Of a stretch of DNA of 64,000 bases, positions 54,700-64,000 are shown piece after piece. Position numbers and translations under genes: made by a program. Numbering within the stretch: the first letter of the stretch is position 1; each line of letters begins with the position of its first letter. Below the pieces are notes generated by a model that was not told the DNA's origin, made no database searches, and saw only the letters and a program-made list of their open reading frames with translations. Origin of the DNA: Candidatus Aegiribacteria sp. (GTDB taxonomy: Bacteria > Fermentibacterota > Fermentibacteria > Fermentibacterales > JCC-6); contig JAUXIK010000003.1 in the NCBI GenBank assembly GCA_030620995.1, positions 21,822-85,821 of the forward strand. Reading direction: 5' to 3'.

Positions 54700-55719
54700 A
54701 TGATAAGAAGTTTCCCGGTTCTGATGTTAATCCTGTTTGCCGGATTAGCTGGTGCCCAGACGGTTTCGATTGCCGAGGCCAGAGAAGATCTGGACGGTGA
54801 TGGAATTCCCGATCACCTTGGTGAAATCCTCACCATAGAGGGGGTCGCGACATGTGAGGGAACACTGTTCTCCACGACGGGGCTTAGTTTCTATGTTCAG
54901 GATGAAACAGCTGGAATCAATGTATACGCGTACAGTTCCGCGAGCCCCGGAGCAATCGAAGCAGGGGATGAATGGAGAATAACCGGAGAGATCAAGCAGT
55001 ACAACGGTCTTACCGAGATATCCCCCGATTCGCCTTCGGATTTTGTATATATCGATCATCCCGGTGTACCTCAGCCACTTCAGCTGGCTTTGAATCAGGG
55101 AGTTTCAGAAAGCATCGAAGGTCAGCTTCTCGCTCTGGGAAACAGTTCGCTTTCCCAATGGGTCACAGTAGCCAATGATCCTGAGTCTGCGGGGGGCGGA
55201 TACAACTTCAACGTCTGGAACGGACAGAATTCCGTTGCCATCCGTGTAAACGAATCTACCGGCATCAGTGTTTCCAATATCGGTGCCGGTACCCGTCTGT
55301 TCATGCTTGGCATCGGCGGGCAATACGATTCAGAACCTCCTTACGATAGCGGGTACCAGCTACTTCCAAGGTATCAGACCGATCTTGAAATATACCAGCC
55401 ATCGATCTATGATGGTTTCCATCTTACTGTTCTTACCGATAATCCATTCGCTCCGGTACTTGGGGAAACCGTTAATATTGAATACGGCGGTCCTGCCGGA
55501 ATGCGATTTACTCTTACTGTTTTTGACAGATCCGGAAGAGCCGTGACTCATCTCGCGGAATCCCGTCCAGCCGGTGATGTTGTTCAGTGGAATGGAAAAG
55601 ACGATTACAGCAAGATTCTTCCACTCGGACCCTATCTGGTTCTCCTTGAGGGCATGGACACTGACGGAAAACGCTACACAACGACTGAAACAATCGTCGT
55701 AGCAGCTCCCCTGAATTGA
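54700..55719 (+). CDS. Secreted protein with two OB-fold-like domains and a FlgD/CTD-like C-terminus
   Basis: Signal peptide; FYVQDETAGI, G.I.QYNGLTEI, GYQLLPR..TDL; NPF.P, FD.SGR.V, WNGKD....LP.G.Y. Confidence 0.7.
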   Translation: MIRSFPVLMLILFAGLAGAQTVSIAEAREDLDGDGIPDHLGEILTIEGVATCEGTLFSTTGLSFYVQDETAGINVYAYSSASPGAIEAGDEWRITGEIKQYNGLTEISPDSPSDFVYIDHPGVPQPLQLALNQGVSESIEGQLLALGNSSLSQWVTVANDPESAGGGYNFNVWNGQNSVAIRVNESTGISVSNIGAGTRLFMLGIGGQYDSEPPYDSGYQLLPRYQTDLEIYQPSIYDGFHLTVLTDNPFAPVLGETVNIEYGGPAGMRFTLTVFDRSGRAVTHLAESRPAGDVVQWNGKDDYSKILPLGPYLVLLEGMDTDGKRYTTTETIVVAAPLN

Positions 55720-55729
55720 GGTGGCAATA

Positions 55730-56551
55730 ATGTATTTGAAAACGATTACGGTTCTGTTTGCCCTTCTGATAATTGCGGGGCAGTCGTGGGCGGCGTTTGA
55801 GGAAATGGAAATAGGGATCACTTCGCAGGGCATGGGCGGAACGGGAGTTGTACTGTATGGAACCGGAGCGCTTCTTTTCAACCCCGCATCCATAGCGGGA
55901 AGCACATCACCATCCATAACCATATCGGGCAGGCTCCCTTTTACGAACATGGATTTTGGAACATACGGAATCGATGGAGCATTTCCGATTAGTGAATCCT
56001 GGGTATGCGGAGCAAGTCTTCGCTATTTCGGAGGTGATCTCTACAATGAACAGATGGCAGCGATAACCTTTGCCGGAATGCTCACCGATGATATGTCTTT
56101 CGGTCTCCAGCCTGTTTTTTGCAGAGCTGTTATTGCTGATGGTGTTTCCGAGTACGGGAGCGCGAGCACTTTTGCGGTCAATGCGGGATTTCAGGTTAGA
56201 ATGTACAGAAGATGGATGCTGGCCGCTTCTATCAGAAATCCTTTCCAGGCAAGACTTGGTGAGAGCGGAGAATATCTCCGGAGAAGAATAGACGCAGGTC
56301 TCAGATACGAACCGGTCACCGGAATGATTTCAGCGTTGACTTTCTCCAGGGATTTCAATGGTCTACGCATACATGTAGGCCAGGCTCTTCCCCTTGGCTC
56401 CATAAATATCCTGGCAGGGGTTCAGAGTAATCCGGTCTCAATATCCGGAGGGCTGAATACAACAATTAGAGGTATTACAGTGGAATACGCCGTAATAACG
56501 CATCCTCAGCTCGACCTGACTCACCAGGCCGGGGTGACTTATGGTTTCTAG
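55730..56551 (+). CDS. PorV/PorQ-like small outer-membrane barrel
   Basis: AFE......GMGG, FNPA, terminal YA...HPQL..TH..G.TYGF. Confidence 0.68.
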   Translation: MYLKTITVLFALLIIAGQSWAAFEEMEIGITSQGMGGTGVVLYGTGALLFNPASIAGSTSPSITISGRLPFTNMDFGTYGIDGAFPISESWVCGASLRYFGGDLYNEQMAAITFAGMLTDDMSFGLQPVFCRAVIADGVSEYGSASTFAVNAGFQVRMYRRWMLAASIRNPFQARLGESGEYLRRRIDAGLRYEPVTGMISALTFSRDFNGLRIHVGQALPLGSINILAGVQSNPVSISGGLNTTIRGITVEYAVITHPQLDLTHQAGVTYGF

Positions 56552-58973
56552 TTTAATACTGGCTGTTGCTGTCGGACTGTCTGTCCCGAATGGGTTTGAT
56601 CTGAATACCGCATCTCTTCAGGAACTGCAGGCGCTTGAGGGATTGAATTCTCAGCAGGCCTCTGACCTCTATGATTTCATTTACGAAACAGGGGGACTTC
56701 TCAGTATTTACGATGTTATGGAAATAAGCAGTTTCACAGCCGTTGAACTGGAATGGCTTCGCGGTAACTGCGTGATTGTCCCACCCTCTGAAGGGAGAAT
56801 TTCCAGCGATATACTGGAAATAATGGAAAGACTTGCCACCGAGGACGGCCCTGGTGATGCTGCTGTAGATCTTTGGGAGCATTACCTTCTGCACCCTCTG
56901 CCGATTAATTCAGCAACCTCGTGGCAGCTGAGAAGTCTGGACAGGGTAAGTCTGATCGATGCGGTAGCTGCTGAGCGAAGACTGAAAACCCTTGGCTCTG
57001 TTTCGAGCGTTACTTCACTCCGAAACGCGGATTACCTGAGTTACTATGGCTACAGGAATATGCGAGATTACGTTTCAACCCGCGAACTTGACCTGAGTTC
57101 TATGGATTTCTTCGGCGGCTACAGGGTCGTCGTAGATGGTGGTGACGGAAGATCGTCTGATGAGGATGGACTATATGAAATGCTCAACAGTCTCAGATCT
57201 GCGAAATACGACATAGACACAGGTGACAGAGGATATTCTGACGCAGACAGCGTTGCCTGGGCTGAAAGACTTGACAGCGAGTACGAAGAGCTTCTCGGAG
57301 CACAGAACGTGACCGGCTGGGAGCACAGGGTTCGTGTCGGATTCGGAGACAGATTCCGGGGTGGAACCAGATTCTCCAGGGGAAGTAATTCCACAGCCGG
57401 ATTTGATCTGTTCTCGGATATGGATCTCGGTGATCTTAACAAAAGGTTCGATGTCGCCAAAGTCTTTGTATCGATAGAGAACATAGGTATTGTGAACCAG
57501 GTCGTACTTGGAAATTACAATCTGTCACTGGGTCAGGGACTGATGGTGAACAATTCCGATGAGCTCTGGTACCGCTCTACGTACGGTACATGGGGACTTT
57601 ATCCCGATCTCACCTCAACACGTCAGTTTGCCCTGGTCGGTGGAGCCGTGGAAATGCATGAAGGACCTTTTCTTGGATACGGATTCTATTCAGCGGCATC
57701 AAGAGATGCCATAAGGGATATCGATGGAACGCCGAATATTCTGATAATGTCTTCCTCGCGTACTTCTCCGTATGCTGACGTGCTAAAGGAAACAACTTAT
57801 GGAGGATACGGTTTCTTTGACCTTGGAGGGATCCTTCCATGCGGGACCGCGATCGGTGCAGGCGCCATGAACATTTCCTACAGTGATTCTCTCATTCCGG
57901 ACTCAGAAGCCCTGGATATTCCCGGTGACGCGCAGCTCTGGGACTGCCCGGAATACGACATTCTTACAGCAGGGAATTCATCCTCTTATCTTGCATTCTC
58001 GGCTCAGACGATTCTGGATAATTTCAGCCTTGAAGGAGAATTCGTCCGGCAGGATAACGAGTCGATTGCCACGCTCGCAAGGGCCAGGTGGCAGAATGAC
58101 TATTTCTATCTGCTGGGTATATGGAGACATTACGATATCGGCTTTACTAATCCATACAACCGTGGATTTGCGGAACAGCTCCGATACGATGATACCGTTT
58201 TTGAGAAACCGTATTATCTCAACGACCCGCTTACTTCGCAGCTTGCGGAATGGCCGACCCCAAAACCCGAAGAGGGTGTCTACATTGAGAGCCGCTTCCA
58301 GATCAGCAGGCACATAACATTTACAAAAGTGTATCTTGATATATGGCGCTCTCTGCCATGGGGATTTGATAATTACAGATTCCAGGGGGAGATAGAGTAT
58401 CGACCTGATTTCCCTGTCAGGTTCAGATTGAAATGCAAATATCAGGAGAAAACCAAAAAGCATGACGTGATTCCAACCACATCGCGTACACAGGAATTCA
58501 CCTTCAGAACCTTTTTCCTTCCCACCGGACATGACTATTTTGATGTCAGGCTCCGGTACGGGATGGTTGAACTTACTCCGAATCCAAGATACGGTGATGA
58601 CCGGCTACTGTCCGGTGGTTACCTCTCCGCGAGATGGGAGCACAACTTCAGTGAGAATCTGTCTGTTCTTGGAGGAACAACTCTATGGTCCACGGACGGT
58701 ATGAGTCAGTGGGAGTTCGAAGATACTGGAATAGATTTTCTTGATGGAGATGGAACCAAATTCTATGTAACCATCAAGAATATTTTGTCTGATAACCTGC
58801 AGCTCAGGCTCAGGATACTCAGAAAGGACACTTTCTATCCCCGCACCGGTCTCTACAGGCCTGATCCTGATGACAGCTTTTATTACGAAGGTGATCCGAG
58901 CAGTCCGGTGAGGGATTTCAACGATCATGTAACAGATTATGGCATCCGATGTCAGCTTGATTTCCGCTGGTAG
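56541..58973 (+). CDS. Outer-membrane barrel protein with ComEA-type helix-hairpin-helix domains
   Basis: DLNTASLQELQALEGL and P.PINSATSWQLRSL HhH-like units; GNY.LS.GQGL; C-terminal QLDFRW. Confidence 0.75.
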   Translation: MVSSLILAVAVGLSVPNGFDLNTASLQELQALEGLNSQQASDLYDFIYETGGLLSIYDVMEISSFTAVELEWLRGNCVIVPPSEGRISSDILEIMERLATEDGPGDAAVDLWEHYLLHPLPINSATSWQLRSLDRVSLIDAVAAERRLKTLGSVSSVTSLRNADYLSYYGYRNMRDYVSTRELDLSSMDFFGGYRVVVDGGDGRSSDEDGLYEMLNSLRSAKYDIDTGDRGYSDADSVAWAERLDSEYEELLGAQNVTGWEHRVRVGFGDRFRGGTRFSRGSNSTAGFDLFSDMDLGDLNKRFDVAKVFVSIENIGIVNQVVLGNYNLSLGQGLMVNNSDELWYRSTYGTWGLYPDLTSTRQFALVGGAVEMHEGPFLGYGFYSAASRDAIRDIDGTPNILIMSSSRTSPYADVLKETTYGGYGFFDLGGILPCGTAIGAGAMNISYSDSLIPDSEALDIPGDAQLWDCPEYDILTAGNSSSYLAFSAQTILDNFSLEGEFVRQDNESIATLARARWQNDYFYLLGIWRHYDIGFTNPYNRGFAEQLRYDDTVFEKPYYLNDPLTSQLAEWPTPKPEEGVYIESRFQISRHITFTKVYLDIWRSLPWGFDNYRFQGEIEYRPDFPVRFRLKCKYQEKTKKHDVIPTTSRTQEFTFRTFFLPTGHDYFDVRLRYGMVELTPNPRYGDDRLLSGGYLSARWEHNFSENLSVLGGTTLWSTDGMSQWEFEDTGIDFLDGDGTKFYVTIKNILSDNLQLRLRILRKDTFYPRTGLYRPDPDDSFYYEGDPSSPVRDFNDHVTDYGIRCQLDFRW

Positions 58974-58985
58974 GGTGGAGGAACT

Positions 58986-60218
58986 ATGAATATCATTGCA
59001 GCAGGAATAATATCATTACTGGCGATAACTGCCGGGCTTCCAGAAGTTATGTGGCTTGGTGAAATAGGTACGCCCGGTTCAGCCAGTGCGCTCGGTATGG
59101 GAAATTGCGGTTTTCTTGATGTATCCGCTCTCGGGGTTCTTGAGAACCCCGCGCTTCTGGCAATTGCCGAAGAAGGTCTTCAGGTGGAAATCGCGGCGGG
59201 TCTGGATTACTTTGTTGAGAAAAGAACGAGAAGGGTCTATGACATTTTCGGCAGTTCAATCGGTGAATCCGAATATGCTTTCAACAAGAATCTATCTTTT
59301 GTTCCAGGCGGTGCCGCAGTTGCTTTTCGGAATATTGCAGGACTTCCTGAGGCGTTTTCGTTTGCCGCCGGATGGAGGGTTCCAGGCACTTTCACTTACA
59401 GTTATGGAAGAACTGTGCGGGACGATTCCTATGTGAAAACAGGCGAGGAAAGCCTGGAGATATCCGGCATCAAGAACGAGTTTGACCTGGCAGTCGCTTT
59501 TTCACCATCCGAGGTTTTCTCATTCGGATTTGCGGGAGGATACATCACAGGATCAAGGAATGTAACATGGGAAGTAACGCATGTTGATCCCTCGCAGGAA
59601 GGAATTCTTTCCCAACGCGAGGAGACTGTTTCGGGTATTGTAACCAGGGGTTCCATCCTTTTTTTGCCGGACAGGAGAGTTTTCATAAGTGCAGCGATTG
59701 AATATCCGATGCCGCTTTCTTTCTCTCCAGAAGAAACCGGTGATCCTGTATACTGGAACACCTTCTCGGATACCGATTATGATATGGACATTCCCATGAC
59801 TGTAAGGTTTGGTTCCATTTACATTCCCGGAAACAGCCTGAGGTCAAAATTTACAGGTGAATTCTACTGGAGCCCTGACGGCTCAATGGAGTACGAGGAC
59901 GAAAATCTTGGTCTTTTCAACTCCTGGGGAGTGCATGCCGGTGTTGAGAACACTCTTCCCGGCGGCCCTGTTGCCAGATTTGGATTTGGGTACGATCGCT
60001 CTCCCATAAACAGTTCGCTGGATAGAATGAGCTTCACTGCCGGGATGGGTTTTCACATAGGTGATTGGAATCTGGATATGGGAGCCAGTTTCTCCCCTGA
60101 CAGGTGGAAACAGACAGAGATAACCGGCTTACCTTCCTTTACCTCCGGTGACAGCCTGACAATAGAGGAAACAGACACAAGGCTCATGTTCTCCATCAGC
60201 CGTGTGTTTGATATCTAG
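58986..60218 (+). CDS. FadL/PorV-like outer-membrane barrel
   Basis: A.ALGMG.....NPALL N-terminal motif; beta-strand pattern. Confidence 0.65.
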   Translation: MNIIAAGIISLLAITAGLPEVMWLGEIGTPGSASALGMGNCGFLDVSALGVLENPALLAIAEEGLQVEIAAGLDYFVEKRTRRVYDIFGSSIGESEYAFNKNLSFVPGGAAVAFRNIAGLPEAFSFAAGWRVPGTFTYSYGRTVRDDSYVKTGEESLEISGIKNEFDLAVAFSPSEVFSFGFAGGYITGSRNVTWEVTHVDPSQEGILSQREETVSGIVTRGSILFLPDRRVFISAAIEYPMPLSFSPEETGDPVYWNTFSDTDYDMDIPMTVRFGSIYIPGNSLRSKFTGEFYWSPDGSMEYEDENLGLFNSWGVHAGVENTLPGGPVARFGFGYDRSPINSSLDRMSFTAGMGFHIGDWNLDMGASFSPDRWKQTEITGLPSFTSGDSLTIEETDTRLMFSISRVFDI

Positions 60219-60231
60219 GCGGGAGCAGATT

Positions 60232-61833
60232 GTGAAAAGACTGCTGCCAATTCTGCTGCTGGCATTCATTCTTCCGGTCAGCGCCGGGACAATATATCTC
60301 AATATATTGCATACCAATGATATACACGGAGGAATCGTTCCAAGGGAAGCCTCGTTCCTCAATCCTGATTTTCCGCCGATGATAGGAGGGGGCGCATATA
60401 TAAGCGCCTATGTCGATGGAGTCCGGGAAGAGTGCCTGGAAAACGGGGAGTACTGCCTTCTGATCGACGCCGGTGATATCTACCAGGGAACCCCCACCGG
60501 TAATTATGAAAGTGGAAAGCTTATCATCGAATGGATGAACGCCATCGGGTATGACATGATAACCCTTGGCAACCATGATTTTGATGATGGAGCCGATAAC
60601 GCTATTAAGCTATCCGAGCAGGCTGATTTTCCTGTGATCTGCTGCAACTTCGTGGATTCTACCACAGGGGAAATACCTGCGCCTGTCCTGCCTTATGTAA
60701 TTCTGGAATTCGAAGGTGTGAAAATCGCTTTCATAGGACTTAATACGACTGATACATACGGACTTGTTACTCCTGAACTTCTCGGGAATTACATATTTCT
60801 CAACGAAGTGGAGATTACCAGAAGGTACATTTCGGAAGTAGAGGAGCAGGGAGCTGATCTGATTATTCTCGTTTCACATCTTGGACAACCCAGAGATACT
60901 GACAAGTACCTGGAGAGAGTGTACGACGCATGGAATGCCGGAGAGGAATACACCAAAGATTTCTGCATGAACCATGTAGAACTGACTTGCCTGGTTTCGG
61001 GAATAGATCTTATCGTCTCAGGACATATTCATCTGGGTTTTGCTGAACCATGGGTAAGTCCGATGAACCATACTCTTGTGGTTCAGGGTTACGCCAATGG
61101 AACAGGTATCGGAAGAATAAGGCTGGCTATTGATACTGAATCAGGTTCACTCATAGGCTACGATCTTCCAGAAGGAGAGGAATACATAAGCCTTCTCCAT
61201 GATGAATTCTGGCCTGATCAGGAGATAGCGGATCTGATAGAAGATTTCAGAATAATAGCTGAAGCCGGGATGGATGAAGTTATAGGTGAGGCCAACGAGC
61301 AGATACCAAGGGGAAACGCCGAGCATCCTATGGGCAGGCTCATAGCTGATGCAATGCTCTGGAGTACTGAAGCGGATGTTGCTCTTATGAATCGGGGCGG
61401 CGTCAGAGCCGCGATACCCAGAGGGCTGATCACGCCCAGAATTGTATATCAGGCGATTCCATTTGAGGAGGATCTCTTCGTCTTTGAACTGACCGGAGCT
61501 GAACTCAAGGAAATCCTCGAGACTGGAATGCAGGGACGTCGTCGCGATATGGAGATCGGTGGTCTGACAGCATACAGAAATCAGGCGATGCCTGATGGAG
61601 AGAAGATAAAAGATATGCTGATAGGCGGCGAACCATTCGATCCCGAGAGGATTTACAGGTTTGTTACCACCGGTTACCTTGCCATTGGCAATATAGGTTA
61701 CGATATCATGCTGGAGCATGAGTCAGTACCTGTCGGCGTGACTCTGATGAACGCGGTTACGGAATATATATCTTTGCTTGGTGAGATCACTTCAGACAAC
61801 CAGACCAGGATTATCTGGATTGACGAACCTTAA
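60232..61833 (+). CDS. Secreted bifunctional metallophosphatase / 5'-nucleotidase
   Basis: ILHTNDIHG, DAGD..QG, GNHDFD, SHLG, SGH.H, N.GG.R, PF. Confidence 0.92.
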   Translation: MKRLLPILLLAFILPVSAGTIYLNILHTNDIHGGIVPREASFLNPDFPPMIGGGAYISAYVDGVREECLENGEYCLLIDAGDIYQGTPTGNYESGKLIIEWMNAIGYDMITLGNHDFDDGADNAIKLSEQADFPVICCNFVDSTTGEIPAPVLPYVILEFEGVKIAFIGLNTTDTYGLVTPELLGNYIFLNEVEITRRYISEVEEQGADLIILVSHLGQPRDTDKYLERVYDAWNAGEEYTKDFCMNHVELTCLVSGIDLIVSGHIHLGFAEPWVSPMNHTLVVQGYANGTGIGRIRLAIDTESGSLIGYDLPEGEEYISLLHDEFWPDQEIADLIEDFRIIAEAGMDEVIGEANEQIPRGNAEHPMGRLIADAMLWSTEADVALMNRGGVRAAIPRGLITPRIVYQAIPFEEDLFVFELTGAELKEILETGMQGRRRDMEIGGLTAYRNQAMPDGEKIKDMLIGGEPFDPERIYRFVTTGYLAIGNIGYDIMLEHESVPVGVTLMNAVTEYISLLGEITSDNQTRIIWIDEP

Positions 61834-61869
61834 CATTTGGGGGCCGGGCCTAACATCTAAACATTTTAT

Positions 61870-61901
61870 CGGGGACATCCACTTTATGGTGCGTGTCCCC
61901 G
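61870..61901. repeat. REP-like hairpin or terminator
   Basis: cggggaca...tgtccccg 8-bp inverted repeat, 36 bp after the nucleotidase stop. Confidence 0.45.
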
Positions 61902-61936
61902 TGTACTGATGATCAAGTTAGCGTGTTAGGACAACC

Positions 61937-62359
61937 ATGAAGGGAAGAACTATCCTTGCGCTCCTGCTCGGTGTTCCTGCCGCTATATTCTTCCTGCTGT
62001 CAGTTACTTTCCCTGTCCTGGGAAAAACCGGAGAGATCTTCGACCCGATTCTGTCCGCTACATGTCACAGATTACCTGAAAGATGCATACAAATGTCCTG
62101 GGGAACGAGCGGCCTTTGCGCGAGGTGTACCGCCTTCTGGTTCGGCCTCGCTGTCGGGATTTCTTTCATGTATCCCAAAATCATTCGGATACCGTTCTGG
62201 ACCGGTATACTGTTTCTCATTCCTCTGATTATAGATGGTATTGTTCAGAGCGTAACAGCATATGAAAGCACCAACATATTTCGCATTCTGACAGGGCTTA
62301 CCGCAGGAGCGGGGATATCAATACTTATATTCGGGAAGATGTTAAAAGATACTGCTTAA
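61937..62359 (+). CDS. DUF2085-like membrane protein
   Basis: CHRLPERC...CARC.., P..IDG..Q....ESTN..R..TG. Confidence 0.82.
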   Translation: MKGRTILALLLGVPAAIFFLLSVTFPVLGKTGEIFDPILSATCHRLPERCIQMSWGTSGLCARCTAFWFGLAVGISFMYPKIIRIPFWTGILFLIPLIIDGIVQSVTAYESTNIFRILTGLTAGAGISILIFGKMLKDTA

Positions 62360-62386
62360 TGCTAAGATTTAGAAAAGAAGGATTAA

Positions 62387-63832
62387 ATGCAATTAAAGAA
62401 AACAGGTCTTCTGCTGGGTTTAATTCTAGTTTCTGCCGGTTCAGCTTTGGCTGATTGGCAAAGCTTCCCATTGACCGATAATAGTTACGCAGAATCAATG
62501 CCATCCGTAGATTTAGATCCGTCTGACAATCCTCATTTTGCGTGGTGTTCTAATAACGATGGTGACTATGATATTTATTACTTATCTGAAGCCACTGGAA
62601 CACCGGCAAAAGTTACCAATAATAACACTAATGACCTGTATCCATGTTTAAGGATAGATCAGGCAGGTAATGCACATATTGCTTTCAAGGGATACGATGG
62701 TCATGATTATGAAGAATTCTATGTGAATAACATTGGCGGCAGTTTCTGCGACCCTATTCAGGTAAGTTTTACAGAAACAGATGTTGGAGTATTTGTTCCT
62801 GAACATTCATGCTTGAGTATTGATCCTGCCGGCGTTGCCCATATTGCTTACAAATATGGGTACTATGAATATGGTAACTGGGATATTTACTATGCAAACA
62901 ATGAGGGCGGAGCATTTGGATCATCGACCAGAATTACTGATGAAACCGGAGGGAAAAGCTACGTTAGACCTTCAATAGCTCTGGATAATGACAACTATGT
63001 TCATACTGTATTTGAAAACGGAGCTGATATCCTCTACACAAACAATGTTGCCGGAACCTTCGATAGTCTGACAACAGTAAGCGAAGGACTTTATCGGTGG
63101 CATGGTTCGGTAGGGATCGATTCCTCAAACAAGATTCATATTGCTTACGCCGGATACCATGGGGGTGCTTACTACATTAATAATGTAAGCGGAAGTTTTG
63201 ATTCCACATTTGTTTTGTCGAACGATAACAGTATGAATGGACCCGCATCTATAGCGCTGGATCATTTAGATAATATCCATATTGCCTTTATCGGCGGGGA
63301 CTTTGGAAGCCCTGATTCTCAAGAGCTGTATTATGTGAATAATTGTACTGGCAGTTTTGAGGATCCCGAACAGATAACCTGCAATAGTGAGCATACCACA
63401 GATATATCCCTGAGCGTTGACTCTTTGAGTGCTTGCTATATAGCATTTCTGGAGGGATTTTATGGAAGTAATGATTATGAAGTCTGGTATTGCACAAACA
63501 GCGGATTTGTCGGAATATCTTCTGACAACACAAGCAGCGCAGGTAACAACCCTTCTTCATTTTCGCTGCAAAACCATCCAAATCCGTTTAATCCGATAAC
63601 AAACATCAGTTATCAATTACCGGTTAATGCCGATGTAACCCTCAGCATCTACAACATACTGGGACAGAAGTTGCTGACACTGGTAAATGAAAATAAGCCC
63701 GCTGGTTATCATTCAGTGCTCTGGAACGGCACCGATGAAAACAACCAGCCTGTTCCTTCAGGAGTTTATTTCTATCAGTTAACAGCAGGGAGCGATTTGT
63801 CTGAAACAGAACGAATGATGATCTTGAGATAA
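62387..63832 (+). CDS. Secreted beta-propeller protein with T9SS/FlgD-type C-terminal domain
   Basis: Signal peptide; seven P.I..D.....HIA[FY] repeats; LQNHPNPFNP.T.I.Y, IYNILGQ, WNG.D....V.SGVYFY. Confidence 0.85.
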   Translation: MQLKKTGLLLGLILVSAGSALADWQSFPLTDNSYAESMPSVDLDPSDNPHFAWCSNNDGDYDIYYLSEATGTPAKVTNNNTNDLYPCLRIDQAGNAHIAFKGYDGHDYEEFYVNNIGGSFCDPIQVSFTETDVGVFVPEHSCLSIDPAGVAHIAYKYGYYEYGNWDIYYANNEGGAFGSSTRITDETGGKSYVRPSIALDNDNYVHTVFENGADILYTNNVAGTFDSLTTVSEGLYRWHGSVGIDSSNKIHIAYAGYHGGAYYINNVSGSFDSTFVLSNDNSMNGPASIALDHLDNIHIAFIGGDFGSPDSQELYYVNNCTGSFEDPEQITCNSEHTTDISLSVDSLSACYIAFLEGFYGSNDYEVWYCTNSGFVGISSDNTSSAGNNPSSFSLQNHPNPFNPITNISYQLPVNADVTLSIYNILGQKLLTLVNENKPAGYHSVLWNGTDENNQPVPSGVYFYQLTAGSDLSETERMMILR

Positions 63833-64000
63833 GCAGCGAAAAAGAGAAGATTGTTCTGAAAACTAACACTCCCTGTTTTGCGACTGAAAAATATGATTGA
63901 CACGAATTAGAGTGCGGATTATCAATGATGTATGATACAATGCCTTGTTGTCCTTTGAAGTTCAAATTCCATGATGAATGACGTGATTGCGGTGTTTTTG

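Noticed and set aside
1-64000. CRISPR array, rRNA, prophage or transposase
   Set aside because: No spaced direct repeats, rRNA-like sequence, or phage/transposase motifs seen; the T7-lysozyme-like amidase has no phage neighbours

Overview
Gene-dense, mostly core-genome window from a diderm anaerobic bacterium. PorX/PglZ, PorV-like barrels, FlgD/T9SS-type C-terminal domains and Tol-Pal suggest the FCB superphylum (possibly Fermentibacterota-like; this is inference only). In order it contains: a HydABC/Bfu-type three-gene oxidoreductase with a GltD/Nfn-like large subunit; ogt; signalling genes including a degenerate NtrC-like protein; glnA; accessory genes (Ntn hydrolase, ATPase-nuclease, tandem Tim44 protein); a larA-HK-porX-tsaE-tsaB-rimI/PNP-folC operon; secG plus tRNA-Leu; ridA-tolQRAB-pal-cpoB; tRNA-Leu-tig-clpPX-engB-purA-tatD/radical SAM-rsmA; envelope genes; and a six-gene surface locus resembling an extracellular nucleic-acid scavenging system. 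The most notable observations are: (1) the secG-linked tRNA-Leu has the rare bacterial anticodon AAG; (2) four genes have conserved N-termini and good Shine-Dalgarno motifs but no usable ATG/GTG/TTG, implying ATA/CTG/ATT/ATC starts; (3) the HhH-barrel / OB-fold / 5'-nucleotidase locus; (4) a pseudo-enhancer-binding protein; (5) a RimI-PNP fusion. No CRISPR array, rRNA, integrase or transposase was seen. All product calls come from motif recognition by eye; no database search was run.
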